DNA from: a virus | IMG/VR virus record: IMGVR_UViG_3300009034_000014 | Span: 1 to 64,000 of that record | Length of the DNA stretch: 64,000 bases | Direction: 5' to 3' (one strand) | Shown: in pieces, positions 8,413 through 16,968 of the stretch | How positions within the stretch are numbered: the first letter of the stretch is position 1 | How the letters are laid out: each line of letters begins with the position of its first letter | Translations under genes and position numbers: made by a program | The notes under the pieces: generated by a model | The model's input: the letters and a program-made list of their open reading frames with translations, nothing else | What the model was told of the DNA's origin: nothing | The model's database searches: none

Positions 8413-9242
8413 AACTTCCTACTCTTTCCGTAGTCGACTTTGGAGTAGTCTGGTTCTTTCGCTTTTGATTTTTTTCTTTCCTTCTCCCCCCACGAGGCTT
8501 TAAATCCCTGCCAGCCCATCATACAGCACTCTGCCAGCACTTCTTCCAACGTCCTGCCCGCTTTCTTGGCCTCTCGCTTTAGCCCTTCTATAGCCCTCTG
8601 TGTCAGTTTGGCATGTTTCCCCATCCGGAGTGTCACAAAGTCTTTTGCTGTTTGGTCTGAGATGCCTTCCTGAATCAGAATGGCGATCTGCTCTTTTTTG
8701 GTGAAATCGTTCCGTGTACGTTTTTTTTGTTGTGTACTATTCTTTCTTTTAAGATCTGGATCTGGATCCGGATCTGGATCCGGAAACGGAAACGGAGATG
8801 GAGACGGGGCATACCCGACGCATGCTGCTAGCATGCTCGTCGCGTGCTTATCGCATGCAGCGGGCATAGCGGACCTTTGATTTCCATAGTGTTTTTGTAG
8901 AGCAGCTTGCCGGGCACGTTCAGATCTTTCCTTATGTCCGACAATCCACCGCTGGTGTTCGTCCCAATCGTGGAATCTGAAATGAGGACACTCGCCATCC
9001 GGAGAATCCATCAACCGCAGGTCGACAAAGACCTTTAGCATGGCTTCCGCATCCCCTGGGTAGTCCACTTCGTCGGCCATGTCCAGAGCTGTCATGTTCT
9101 CTAAGATTCCATCCGTCCGCATCTCGGCAGCAAATGACCAGAGATCCTCAAGGGCAAGGACCCCATCGGCACCTAGCAGCTTTCGGAGCCGCTTTCGTTT
9201 TCGGTGTCTGCGCCATGTAGTGCTTATCCTGAAGTCTTCCAA
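8409..9242 (-). CDS. Phage replication initiator protein
   Basis: Directly upstream of the DnaC-like gene; FHDWDEHQ, PSPSP/PDPD linker, C-terminal GWQGF; TTG start with GAGGT RBS. Confidence 0.75.
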   Translation of the reverse strand: MEDFRISTTWRRHRKRKRLRKLLGADGVLALEDLWSFAAEMRTDGILENMTALDMADEVDYPGDAEAMLKVFVDLRLMDSPDGECPHFRFHDWDEHQRWIVGHKERSERARQAALQKHYGNQRSAMPAACDKHATSMLAACVGYAPSPSPFPFPDPDPDPDPDLKRKNSTQQKKRTRNDFTKKEQIAILIQEGISDQTAKDFVTLRMGKHAKLTQRAIEGLKREAKKAGRTLEEVLAECCMMGWQGFKASWGEKERKKSKAKEPDYSKVDYGKSRKL

Positions 9243-9251
9243 TGCACTACC

Positions 9252-9385
9252 TCAAAAAAAACCCCATCCGCCAGTTGGCACGACGCCACAAGGCATCACC
9301 AACGAATGGGGCCACTTCTATCTGTAGTTGGTTTGTGACGACGTGCCATGTTGCCTTTGGTACCACCCACCGAAACCGATGTCAA
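9252..9385 (-). promoter_or_regulatory. Leader element 3 (same architecture, ends in a U8 terminator)
   Basis: TTGACA(9385-9380)-17-TACCAA; uORF 9349..9296; 9333-9348 complementary to loop 9276-9291; stem 9262-9275/9298-9311; U-tract 9254-9261. Confidence 0.7.
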
Positions 9386-9399
9386 GCACTTTTTTTTTC

Positions 9400-10833
9400 T
9401 CACTCCCCATCCCCAGCTAAGTCCGTTTCCCGCTTGTCCAGGATTCTTTCTAGCCGGGAGGCCTGCACCGCGGTCATGCCGTAAACATCCGGCATTGATT
9501 CGCCTTCGCCGAGCACGCGTTCCATCCACTTTCTTGCCTCCTCCTCGTCGTCCCAGCCGATGAGCCCGCTTATTCGCTCAAGGGTACTATCCACGATCTC
9601 CTTCGCTAGGTGCACCACCACGCTCTTGGATTTTTCTTGTTCCGGCGGCGCACTCTCTTCCATTGCCTCCGGTTTCGGCGCATGATCAGCGATCCAGTCC
9701 AGGAGCATGGCGTCAAGGTTGTCCAGCCGTTTCGCTGACTGGGATCGGAGCTGACCATCGTGGATATTCAGGCCCTCCTTCCACTCCGCGATTTGCTCCG
9801 GTGCTATGCCAGCATCGTCGGCGCGGCGCTCGATCTCCACAAGACGCTCCTTCTTTTTGCTGCCAGCGGCGGCGCCTGGCTCCAGCTCCGTCCGGGGAGC
9901 TGTCGCGGGGCTCTGTTCCTCACTCGGTCCCGTTTGCACGGTTTCCGGCATGGCACTCGGGGCAGAGGTGGGCTCTGGAGACGTAGGAACACTCTCAGCG
10001 GCCTTCGGTGTTTGTCCCCCTTTCCCCCGTAGCTTGTCCATGACCGAAGCCGTCCTGGAGCCTCTCTGCGTTTCCGGCGCATCTCCCACGGGTGGGAAGG
10101 CGACCTCGATCTTCACAGAACCTTCGCGAATGGCGTTGAACACACCGCGCAACTTCGAGAGCTCGACGGCCCCTATTTCCTCCGTGCTTTGGATCTCCAA
10201 CGAGGCAAGCAGACTTTCTGTGTCAACGCCGAGTTTATGGAAGGTGTCGAGCATGACGCCTCTGGAATACGCGATGGCCTTCGCGTCCCCGAAAGCCACC
10301 TTCCGAGCCTTTGCGTATACCTCATCCACAATGGAGCGGCTAACGATCACGAAGACAACGTTCCTGTAAGAGATCATGGCCGCGGCATTTCCTGTCATCG
10401 TGATCATGTCGTCAGAGTAGCGGTTGCCACTCCGATCCGTGATTCGACGCCGGACTTCTCGCTGGAATAGGACGTTCTTCTGCATGTCCCACGCAGTCGC
10501 TTGTGCCGTGACGTATTTTTTACCCTCTTCGACAATCCTCGTCTGGCACCGAATGTTGCCCCAACTTGACATAGCGATCTCGGCGAGTCTGACGCTGGCC
10601 CCCTCGATGAGCTTGCCACCTCGCTTGTAGGCGTAGAAGCATGATTCCGCTACTTCTTTGTTCAGGCAGGCCAGGTTTTCCATGTCCTGTTTTACCTGCT
10701 CGATGTTTCTGGGGTAGGCCTTGGCTGTGGCCACCTGCATGTCGAACTCGCTGCGCGAAATCTGGGCAATGACTCCGGCGTCTGCGGCTGGGATGATCTC
10801 GATCTCCGGTCCATTGGTTTGTTCTTCTGTCAT
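9400..10833 (-). CDS. Putative ssDNA-annealing/recombination partner of YqaJ
   Basis: DMQVATAKAYPR...GASVRLAE...WGN conserved N-terminal domain; directly downstream of the exonuclease; function inferred from synteny. Confidence 0.6.
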   Translation of the reverse strand: MTEEQTNGPEIEIIPAADAGVIAQISRSEFDMQVATAKAYPRNIEQVKQDMENLACLNKEVAESCFYAYKRGGKLIEGASVRLAEIAMSSWGNIRCQTRIVEEGKKYVTAQATAWDMQKNVLFQREVRRRITDRSGNRYSDDMITMTGNAAAMISYRNVVFVIVSRSIVDEVYAKARKVAFGDAKAIAYSRGVMLDTFHKLGVDTESLLASLEIQSTEEIGAVELSKLRGVFNAIREGSVKIEVAFPPVGDAPETQRGSRTASVMDKLRGKGGQTPKAAESVPTSPEPTSAPSAMPETVQTGPSEEQSPATAPRTELEPGAAAGSKKKERLVEIERRADDAGIAPEQIAEWKEGLNIHDGQLRSQSAKRLDNLDAMLLDWIADHAPKPEAMEESAPPEQEKSKSVVVHLAKEIVDSTLERISGLIGWDDEEEARKWMERVLGEGESMPDVYGMTAVQASRLERILDKRETDLAGDGE

Positions 10834-10846
10834 GATTATTTCTCCT

Positions 10847-11845
10847 CTATTTGAAATAGGGTTTGAAAGGCCTAGAACCAGGCGAAACTTTCCTGAATTT
10901 TTCCAATGCCTCTGGCTTATTCTGACGGAACCATTCGGCCATTCCATTGGCATCCCATGACTCGCGGTCCTTGCTTAGCCGCCAGAGTATCTTTCCCCAG
11001 TGTCCGGAAACGCCGGAGGAATCACCGATGAATTCCTTGATCGTGTTCTCCTGAAAACGCGTCACCTCCTCCATACTCTTGATCGCGTCCCTGGCTTCCT
11101 GCAATTTTACGGCAGCAACATCTATCTCTGAATTTGATTGCCGTAAGTTTTCGGTAGAATGCCTTGGGTGGGTCTTTGCGAGATAAGCGGCGAAATCCTT
11201 GGACCCGTCGATGGGCGGAGGCTCCTGCTTTATCACGTACTCCCAGAATTTCTCGGTCTTGGCCAGCAGCAGATCGAACATCTCGGGATTGAAACTCAGG
11301 CGGTAGACCCAGAGGTCCCGGCCGATAAGCGGACCTACGAGCCCCTCCTGTTTTTCCAGTGCGCCCATCTGCCATTGCACCTGTGGGAGGTAGTATTCTG
11401 GAACTCCATCGGAAACTTCCAGTGGGCTTATCCAGTCGCGGGCAGTGAATGGCCCCGGGCTCTTGACCTCGGCCACGCACACGGCTTCCGACGCTTTCTC
11501 GCGTAACTCCGAGAAATCCCGAGGCAACTCGCCGTCGAACGCCAGTCCATCTGGCGTAGCTAAGACCAGTTCATGTTTCGGGTTCTGGAAAGTGATCGCT
11601 TTCTTCCCAGTGTTATGAAATATCTTGGTTTCTGTCCGCCGGCCCATCCAATTCAGGAGTGCGTCTTCTAGTTCATTCCCGCGCTCCTGATCGACCGTAG
11701 CCTCCTCGTCTTCCTCTGGCTCCTGAACTTTTTCCTCCCAGACCCTGATCGGGCTCTTCCACGGACTGAGCCCGCAAATAGCTGGGATGTCGCTCGCGGA
11801 TACGCCGCGACGGCGGAATTCTTTCTGCTCCAACGTCAATGACAT
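10847..11845 (-). CDS. YqaJ-like (lambda exonuclease family) recombination nuclease
   Basis: RRRGVSASD..AICGLSPW, G..LE, ATPDG, EVKS, Y.PQVQWQM. Confidence 0.92.
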   Translation of the reverse strand: MSLTLEQKEFRRRGVSASDIPAICGLSPWKSPIRVWEEKVQEPEEDEEATVDQERGNELEDALLNWMGRRTETKIFHNTGKKAITFQNPKHELVLATPDGLAFDGELPRDFSELREKASEAVCVAEVKSPGPFTARDWISPLEVSDGVPEYYLPQVQWQMGALEKQEGLVGPLIGRDLWVYRLSFNPEMFDLLLAKTEKFWEYVIKQEPPPIDGSKDFAAYLAKTHPRHSTENLRQSNSEIDVAAVKLQEARDAIKSMEEVTRFQENTIKEFIGDSSGVSGHWGKILWRLSKDRESWDANGMAEWFRQNKPEALEKFRKVSPGSRPFKPYFK

Positions 11846-11884
11846 GTCTTACCTCCGAGCAATAGAGTAACATCTTGGTCTGAC

Positions 11885-12048
11885 AAAAAAAAACGAGTTG
11901 CAGCCTCGCCCCCGTCGACCCAGGCAATTTGCTCGCGGGGACGAGCGCCCAGGCCTTGTTAGAGAAGGGCTGCAACTCGAACTTCAACTTTTCTGGATTT
12001 CCCGCGAGCATTGAACGGCAGCCTAGCAGGGCTAGAATACCTTGTCAA
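11885..12048 (-). promoter_or_regulatory. Leader element 4 (same architecture, ends in a U9 terminator)
   Basis: TTGACA(12048-12043)-17-TAGGCT; AUG at 12011; 12001-12010 complementary to loop 11930-11939; perfect 12-bp outer stem 11894-11905/11968-11979; U-tract 11885-11893. Confidence 0.75.
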
Positions 12049-12173
12049 GATCTTTTTTTTCGATTTTCTTGAAAGCTCCCACAGAATGAAAATCGTCTGT
12101 GAGGAGGTGTGACAGGAAGGGGGGTCTTCGTGTCACGCTGACCGCCGTTAATAGTGAGTTAATGTCACCTTCC

Positions 12174-12218
12174 AAAAAAAAGGTGGGAGAAACGAACCCT
12201 TGATCCCCGCCTTTTTTC
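12174..12218 (-). terminator. Probable intrinsic (possibly bidirectional) terminator
   Basis: GC-rich imperfect hairpin flanked by A and T runs after 12229..12444. Confidence 0.5.
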
Positions 12219-12228
12219 TCTTTCTCTG

Positions 12229-12444
12229 TCAGTCAGTCCTCGATTTGCTGAGCAGCGTTTCCCGGATCAGCGCTGCCACGGTCTTGCCCATCTTCGCTGC
12301 CTTCTTCTTCAGCTTCTCCCGGTCCTCATCCGTTAGCAGCATGGTGAACTTCGTGCGGTCCGGAGTCTCAGGCGACTGCCGTGTACCGCACTTTTGGCAG
12401 AAAAGTACCTTGCCGCAGATCCGGCATTTTTTTACTCGTCCCAT
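12229..12444 (-). CDS. Zn-ribbon + ribbon-helix-helix regulator
   Basis: CRICG..FCQKCG; FTMLLTDEDREKLKKKAAKMGKTVAALIRE. Confidence 0.75.
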   Translation of the reverse strand: MGRVKKCRICGKVLFCQKCGTRQSPETPDRTKFTMLLTDEDREKLKKKAAKMGKTVAALIRETLLSKSRTD

Positions 12445-12464
12445 GGTGGATACCTCCTTTCTAA

Positions 12465-12779
12465 CTACAGAGTCTTCTTGCTTCTTTTCTTATTCTGTGC
12501 GAGTTTAGTTTTCCTTAACTCCTCATTCAGTTCAGCGACGCGCTTTCTGAGATTATTATTATCCTCGATCCTTTCTTTGATCTCTCTGGTGAATCCATCG
12601 GTCTTGCCCTTCAACCGCTCAACTTCTTTCTCAAGTTGTTGCGTCTTTCTCAGTAGAGTTGCTACCATCATTGCAAGTGACTCGGGGATCATTTCTCCCC
12701 ATGCTGAAAACGGAATTCCGCACATCATCAGTTTTCTCCTTTCTTTAGAATGGTACGTCCGGATCCTCTTCGTTTTCAT
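12465..12779 (-). CDS. Coiled-coil hypothetical protein
   Basis: Packed ORF. Confidence 0.55.
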   Translation of the reverse strand: MKTKRIRTYHSKERRKLMMCGIPFSAWGEMIPESLAMMVATLLRKTQQLEKEVERLKGKTDGFTREIKERIEDNNNLRKRVAELNEELRKTKLAQNKKRSKKTL

Positions 12780-13338
12780 TACCAGGATGTTTTGGGGGTG
12801 GAAAACGAAAGGCTCGGCGTACTTTCTCTCGGTTCATCTCACTGAAGTCTTGATTCATCTCATCAGCTTTCGGGACGAACATTGTCCCTTTGGCCAGTCT
12901 CTCCAGCGTGACTTCCGCTACGATCTTATCAATCCACTTTTGTTGCTGGCGCAGGATTTCAAGTGCGGCACGGCGTCTTCCCTCTGCTCGCTTCTCACAC
13001 CACGCAATCACGGCGTTGATCTGCCGGATCATCCGCCAGACCCGACGTGGCTGGTCACCGGTCCAATTGAGCAACGAAGAAATTGCCTCTTCGAAAGGGA
13101 GCGGAGTGAGATAGACAGTTCTAACATTATTTGGCCACGGAATGTCTGCGAGCGAACACGGGACCAGAGATCCGGGTGCGCCTCCGCGCACCGGCCAGTA
13201 GAGCCTTCCGATCTTGAAGACCCGTGGCCTTCCGAGCGGAACATGCGGAGTGGTTGGAAAGTGGAAGCGAGCTTCTGCTGCTCGCAATCGTTCGAATGCG
13301 ATCTCCAGCACTTTCCAATTGTTGTCTTTGATTGACAT
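12745..13338 (-). CDS. Hypothetical protein
   Basis: TGATG-coupled to the vWA gene. Confidence 0.65.
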   Translation of the reverse strand: MSIKDNNWKVLEIAFERLRAAEARFHFPTTPHVPLGRPRVFKIGRLYWPVRGGAPGSLVPCSLADIPWPNNVRTVYLTPLPFEEAISSLLNWTGDQPRRVWRMIRQINAVIAWCEKRAEGRRRAALEILRQQQKWIDKIVAEVTLERLAKGTMFVPKADEMNQDFSEMNREKVRRAFRFPPPKHPGNENEEDPDVPF

Positions 13339-14663
13339 CAGTCCACGATCACCTTCCGCGCCCATTCGGGCACGTCGTCAGTGTTTCGATCCTCGCCCAC
13401 GAGTGCCACGATGACTTTGAACCCGCGCGGCTTCTCCTCTGGGTAAGGGGTAAATCCATCTGTTAAAATAATCGCGATGTCCGGGCGCGGCCACAACTTC
13501 TCAGCGGCTTTCAGCGCCTCGCGCATATCCGTACCACCACCTCCGATCAGATCCACATCGCGTGCGGAGGCAACTTGGCTTGCAGCGGCTGCTGCGGCGT
13601 CGCAGGGCATGAACTTGGTTCTGGCGTGCCCGACGGTGCGGAGTACTCCGCGCAGTTCCCGGATCACGATACCAAGGTCGTGCCCCGACATGCTCCCCGA
13701 GGTATCACCCACCACCAGGACCTCTGGCTGTGGTCTACGCATGGCTGGAAAAATGATCCCGTTGCGGCTCGCGGCCTGCCTCCGACTCGGACGAGAATAA
13801 GAGTAGTCCACGCAACCAGCAACGTGCGACAGCGAGGAACGCACCGCGCCAGCGAGTTGCTTTCGCCAGTCCACTCGCGGAGGCTCGAGCAACTCCTCGG
13901 CCCAGCGGCGAACGCCAGCGGGCATGCTGCCCCTGCTCTTCGCGTACTCGCGCACTTGCCGGGCAACCTCACGGCGTATCAGCCCGGCTTCCGCGGGCTT
14001 GACTGATGGAACCTTGCTACCAGACGGTGGAAGCTCCCACGGCTCCGGCTGTCCGTGCGCGCACGATCCGCAGTTTCCAGCGCCTGGCCGGGGCAGCTCG
14101 GTGTCCGGTGTGCCCTGCGATTGCCCGCTGCCGTCGCCAGCCGAACTCGTAGCCGAAGAGGACGCGGGAGGCTGCGACCCCGAAGCCGCGCCGTCGCAAA
14201 TAGCGCCAGCGTCGCCGCCACCAGATACCGAGCTACTATCTGCCCCGACCAGTCGATGATAGTATTCTTCCGCCAGCAGATCGCGCGGGAAACCGAAATG
14301 ATCTGGAAGCAGCGGATCCGGTAGAGAGATCTCCTCGCGAACCAGATCGTCGTTGATCTCGCAGTCTACGGCCAAACCCCAACGACTGCGCTCCGCGCGT
14401 CCTACACCCGCACGCTTCGCACGCTCCGGATGCTCGCGCAGCAGGTGCCAGACCTCGTGGATCCAGATCCCGGCAAGGTGTGTCGTGGTCTGCGCGGAAA
14501 CGAATTCCGGGTCGTAGTACAGGCGCCAGTGCTGATCCACGCCAAGCTTCCCAACGCGATCACTCTTTACCTGGCTGAGAGCCCAGAGCGCGACAGCGAG
14601 GTACGGCCGTTTTTCCGCCGCGGCGAGCCTCGCGGCCATCAACTTTGTTTCCGCATCGCTCAT
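13338..14663 (-). CDS. DUF2201-type metallopeptidase-like + vWA protein
   Basis: HEVWH zincin motif; DTSGSM MIDAS, GGGTD, LTDG. Confidence 0.9.
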   Translation of the reverse strand: MSDAETKLMAARLAAAEKRPYLAVALWALSQVKSDRVGKLGVDQHWRLYYDPEFVSAQTTTHLAGIWIHEVWHLLREHPERAKRAGVGRAERSRWGLAVDCEINDDLVREEISLPDPLLPDHFGFPRDLLAEEYYHRLVGADSSSVSGGGDAGAICDGAASGSQPPASSSATSSAGDGSGQSQGTPDTELPRPGAGNCGSCAHGQPEPWELPPSGSKVPSVKPAEAGLIRREVARQVREYAKSRGSMPAGVRRWAEELLEPPRVDWRKQLAGAVRSSLSHVAGCVDYSYSRPSRRQAASRNGIIFPAMRRPQPEVLVVGDTSGSMSGHDLGIVIRELRGVLRTVGHARTKFMPCDAAAAAASQVASARDVDLIGGGGTDMREALKAAEKLWPRPDIAIILTDGFTPYPEEKPRGFKVIVALVGEDRNTDDVPEWARKVIVD

Positions 14664-15757
14664 GCCGCACCCTTCGCCAGTTTAAGAATATCCGTGAAGA
14701 TCCGAGCTTCCTCCGGAGCCTCCGCACCCTGGGGACGGAGGCTCGCGAGCCCACGCGCGGCACTCGTCGTAACATCGAGCTGGATCTTCGCCGCACGCGC
14801 AAGCACGCGCCAGCCAGCGTTCCAGCGGTTGATCTGCGCCCGCTTCTTTCCCTCACTCTTCGCGCTGGCGATCATGGCCACCACTGCCCCGAGTGCCGCG
14901 AAAAGTCGATCCCCACGCTCGGGCAATCTCTCCGAATCCGGATCTTCCAACAGCTTCAGAGGATCGGGGAGATCTTGTTCTTCCACCCATGCGAAATATT
15001 CCAGGGCCGCGGCCTCGCCAACGGATCCAGATAATAATTCAGTACGTACCTCGCCGTTGACACCGCCAGCTATGCACGCGGCAATCAGGCGCGCGGCCAT
15101 CTCCCAACTTCTGGGGCTAGGCCATGCACGACCAGCAGCGCTTTCGTCTGTCGGCTGCTGGAGCAGGAGACCAGGCCGGTGGTGAATGAATGCAGCCACG
15201 AGAGATCTGGACTGCGGCGTAGATCGTTCCCAGTTCACCGGGAGCTGGTTGATCTTCGGGGCAGGCCAACCCGCGATCATGCCCTCTGCCCACGCTTGGG
15301 CATCGAGGTGAAACTGCAGATGCAGGAATCGGTTGGCCAGCTCCGGAGTCAAGTCCCATTTGCCGCTGGATCTCTCCGGTGGATTCGCCATCGCGATCAC
15401 GGCCAGATCCGGAGGCAGCTTGCAATCTCCGACCACTCGCTCCAGCACCACGCGGAGCAGGGCTTGCATTGTTGCCGGGCTGCACGAGTTGATCTCGTCA
15501 AATACTAGAACACCGTCTCCTACCGCCGCTAGACGCTTCGCCCAGTCTGGCGGCGCGAGCTTGACGCCATCGATTTCCAGATATGGCAGTCCACCGAAGT
15601 CCGACGGCTCGCGGATAGACGCGATCACGATCTCGCTATGCAGCTTCATCGCTGAGATCAGCGCCTTGACTGTTTCCGTCTTGCCCACTCCGGGCGGTCC
15701 CCAGATGAGCACGGGAGTCCTCGTCAGTACAGCGATTTGCAGGGCTTGGGTATTCAT
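14660..15757 (-). CDS. MoxR-family AAA+ ATPase
   Basis: GPPGVGKT, VFDEIN, AMANP, LANRF, PSPRSW. Confidence 0.92.
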   Translation of the reverse strand: MNTQALQIAVLTRTPVLIWGPPGVGKTETVKALISAMKLHSEIVIASIREPSDFGGLPYLEIDGVKLAPPDWAKRLAAVGDGVLVFDEINSCSPATMQALLRVVLERVVGDCKLPPDLAVIAMANPPERSSGKWDLTPELANRFLHLQFHLDAQAWAEGMIAGWPAPKINQLPVNWERSTPQSRSLVAAFIHHRPGLLLQQPTDESAAGRAWPSPRSWEMAARLIAACIAGGVNGEVRTELLSGSVGEAAALEYFAWVEEQDLPDPLKLLEDPDSERLPERGDRLFAALGAVVAMIASAKSEGKKRAQINRWNAGWRVLARAAKIQLDVTTSAARGLASLRPQGAEAPEEARIFTDILKLAKGAA

Positions 15758-15807
15758 TCGCGATCTCCTTTATTCTTACATTGAATGTCGAAACTTATCA
15801 TCGGGGC

Positions 15808-16599
15808 TCAATCCAGCCAGCGCGTCAATCGCCAACGTAGTCCCTGTCGCTTGCCCGCCTCCGGCGGGCGTATTATCGCAGTGCAATCGTACACATCGTA
15901 GCCCTTGCCTTGGCGCACTGCGCGGATCAGTAAGGCATTTGCTGGCACCTTGTGCTTCGCTCGGCAATCACGTTCTTCGTATTCGTTTAAGATCTCTAGC
16001 ACAACACGATTTTCGCCACGCTCCGTTACGTGTCGACCGAGTTTATGCTGAGCCATCAAAAACCTTGCGGGTTGCACGATCAGATTCCACGTTATCTGCT
16101 GGGCAGACCAAGGCTTTTTCTCGTGCCATACTTTTTCCACGGTCGCAGATGCCGAGCCGAAGTTCACTTCCCAATCGACTTCAACGCTACACCTGCCGGA
16201 ATTTTCCACCCAACTAGAACCGCCCTCGCGGTAGTCTGCTGATATCATAACTCCGCGAGCCCGGTTCGTCGCACGCTGGCCCATTTGACCGTGGAAAGTA
16301 GGTGGCGGTCTGCGATTTCTTTCCGCTCGTCGCCTCTTGTGCTTATTGCCAGCAACTATCGCACTGTCCGTGAGCATGCTCGGCAGTTCTGAACTGTGTA
16401 GTTGCGTCCTGCACGCAACCCGCCACAGATTCAGCACCTCCCAACACCGGCAACCTGCGCCATCCAACTGGACCAACGCCTCCTCTCGACTTAGCCACCC
16501 TCTGGCATGATCCGGGAAGTGCAGGCGTCCTCGCCCGTCAAGTTCTATCCGGTGCATGTGCCCACTGCAGCGGACGCGGCATGTGGCAATCGCAGTCAT
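15808..16599 (-). CDS. Hypothetical protein (Cys/His-rich N-terminus) preceding MoxR
   Basis: VRCSG..HRI...H...CRC. Confidence 0.65.
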   Translation of the reverse strand: MTAIATCRVRCSGHMHRIELDGRGRLHFPDHARGWLSREEALVQLDGAGCRCWEVLNLWRVACRTQLHSSELPSMLTDSAIVAGNKHKRRRAERNRRPPPTFHGQMGQRATNRARGVMISADYREGGSSWVENSGRCSVEVDWEVNFGSASATVEKVWHEKKPWSAQQITWNLIVQPARFLMAQHKLGRHVTERGENRVVLEILNEYEERDCRAKHKVPANALLIRAVRQGKGYDVYDCTAIIRPPEAGKRQGLRWRLTRWLD

Positions 16600-16787
16600 T
16601 CCGCAGGGCGAATCCACGGCTCCAGAAGCCGCAGGATCGCATTATCGATGATCTCCACATCGGCGTCCGAACAAGTGTTTCGATCTATATATAATTGATC
16701 AACCGCCGGGATAATGCACTCCGGTACTCCGTAGTCTGCCTCGCGTCCTGGCTGCGGGACGCGGAGATCCAATATGGTCCTGACCAT
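16596..16787 (-). CDS. Hypothetical protein
   Basis: GGAGG RBS; coupled. Confidence 0.5.
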   Translation of the reverse strand: MVRTILDLRVPQPGREADYGVPECIIPAVDQLYIDRNTCSDADVEIIDNAILRLLEPWIRPAE

Positions 16788-16788
16788 C

Positions 16789-16968
16789 TCACACCTCCTC
16801 TCGGACGTATTCTGCCTCTGTGCGCTCCTCCGCACTCGGGACGGTACCATGACGCACCACGATCCCCTCACAGTCGCACTCTGCTCGGAGGCATTCCCAC
16901 CACTGATTGCCCATTTCGTCTTCGCATTCTCGGCCATCCGCCTCTCGAATCCAATATCTGATTTTCAT
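16789..16968 (-). CDS. 59-aa hypothetical protein (MKIRYWIRE...)
   Basis: Hand translation; fills the gap with ATGA coupling. Confidence 0.5.
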   Translation of the reverse strand: MKIRYWIREADGRECEDEMGNQWWECLRAECDCEGIVVRHGTVPSAEERTEAEYVREEV

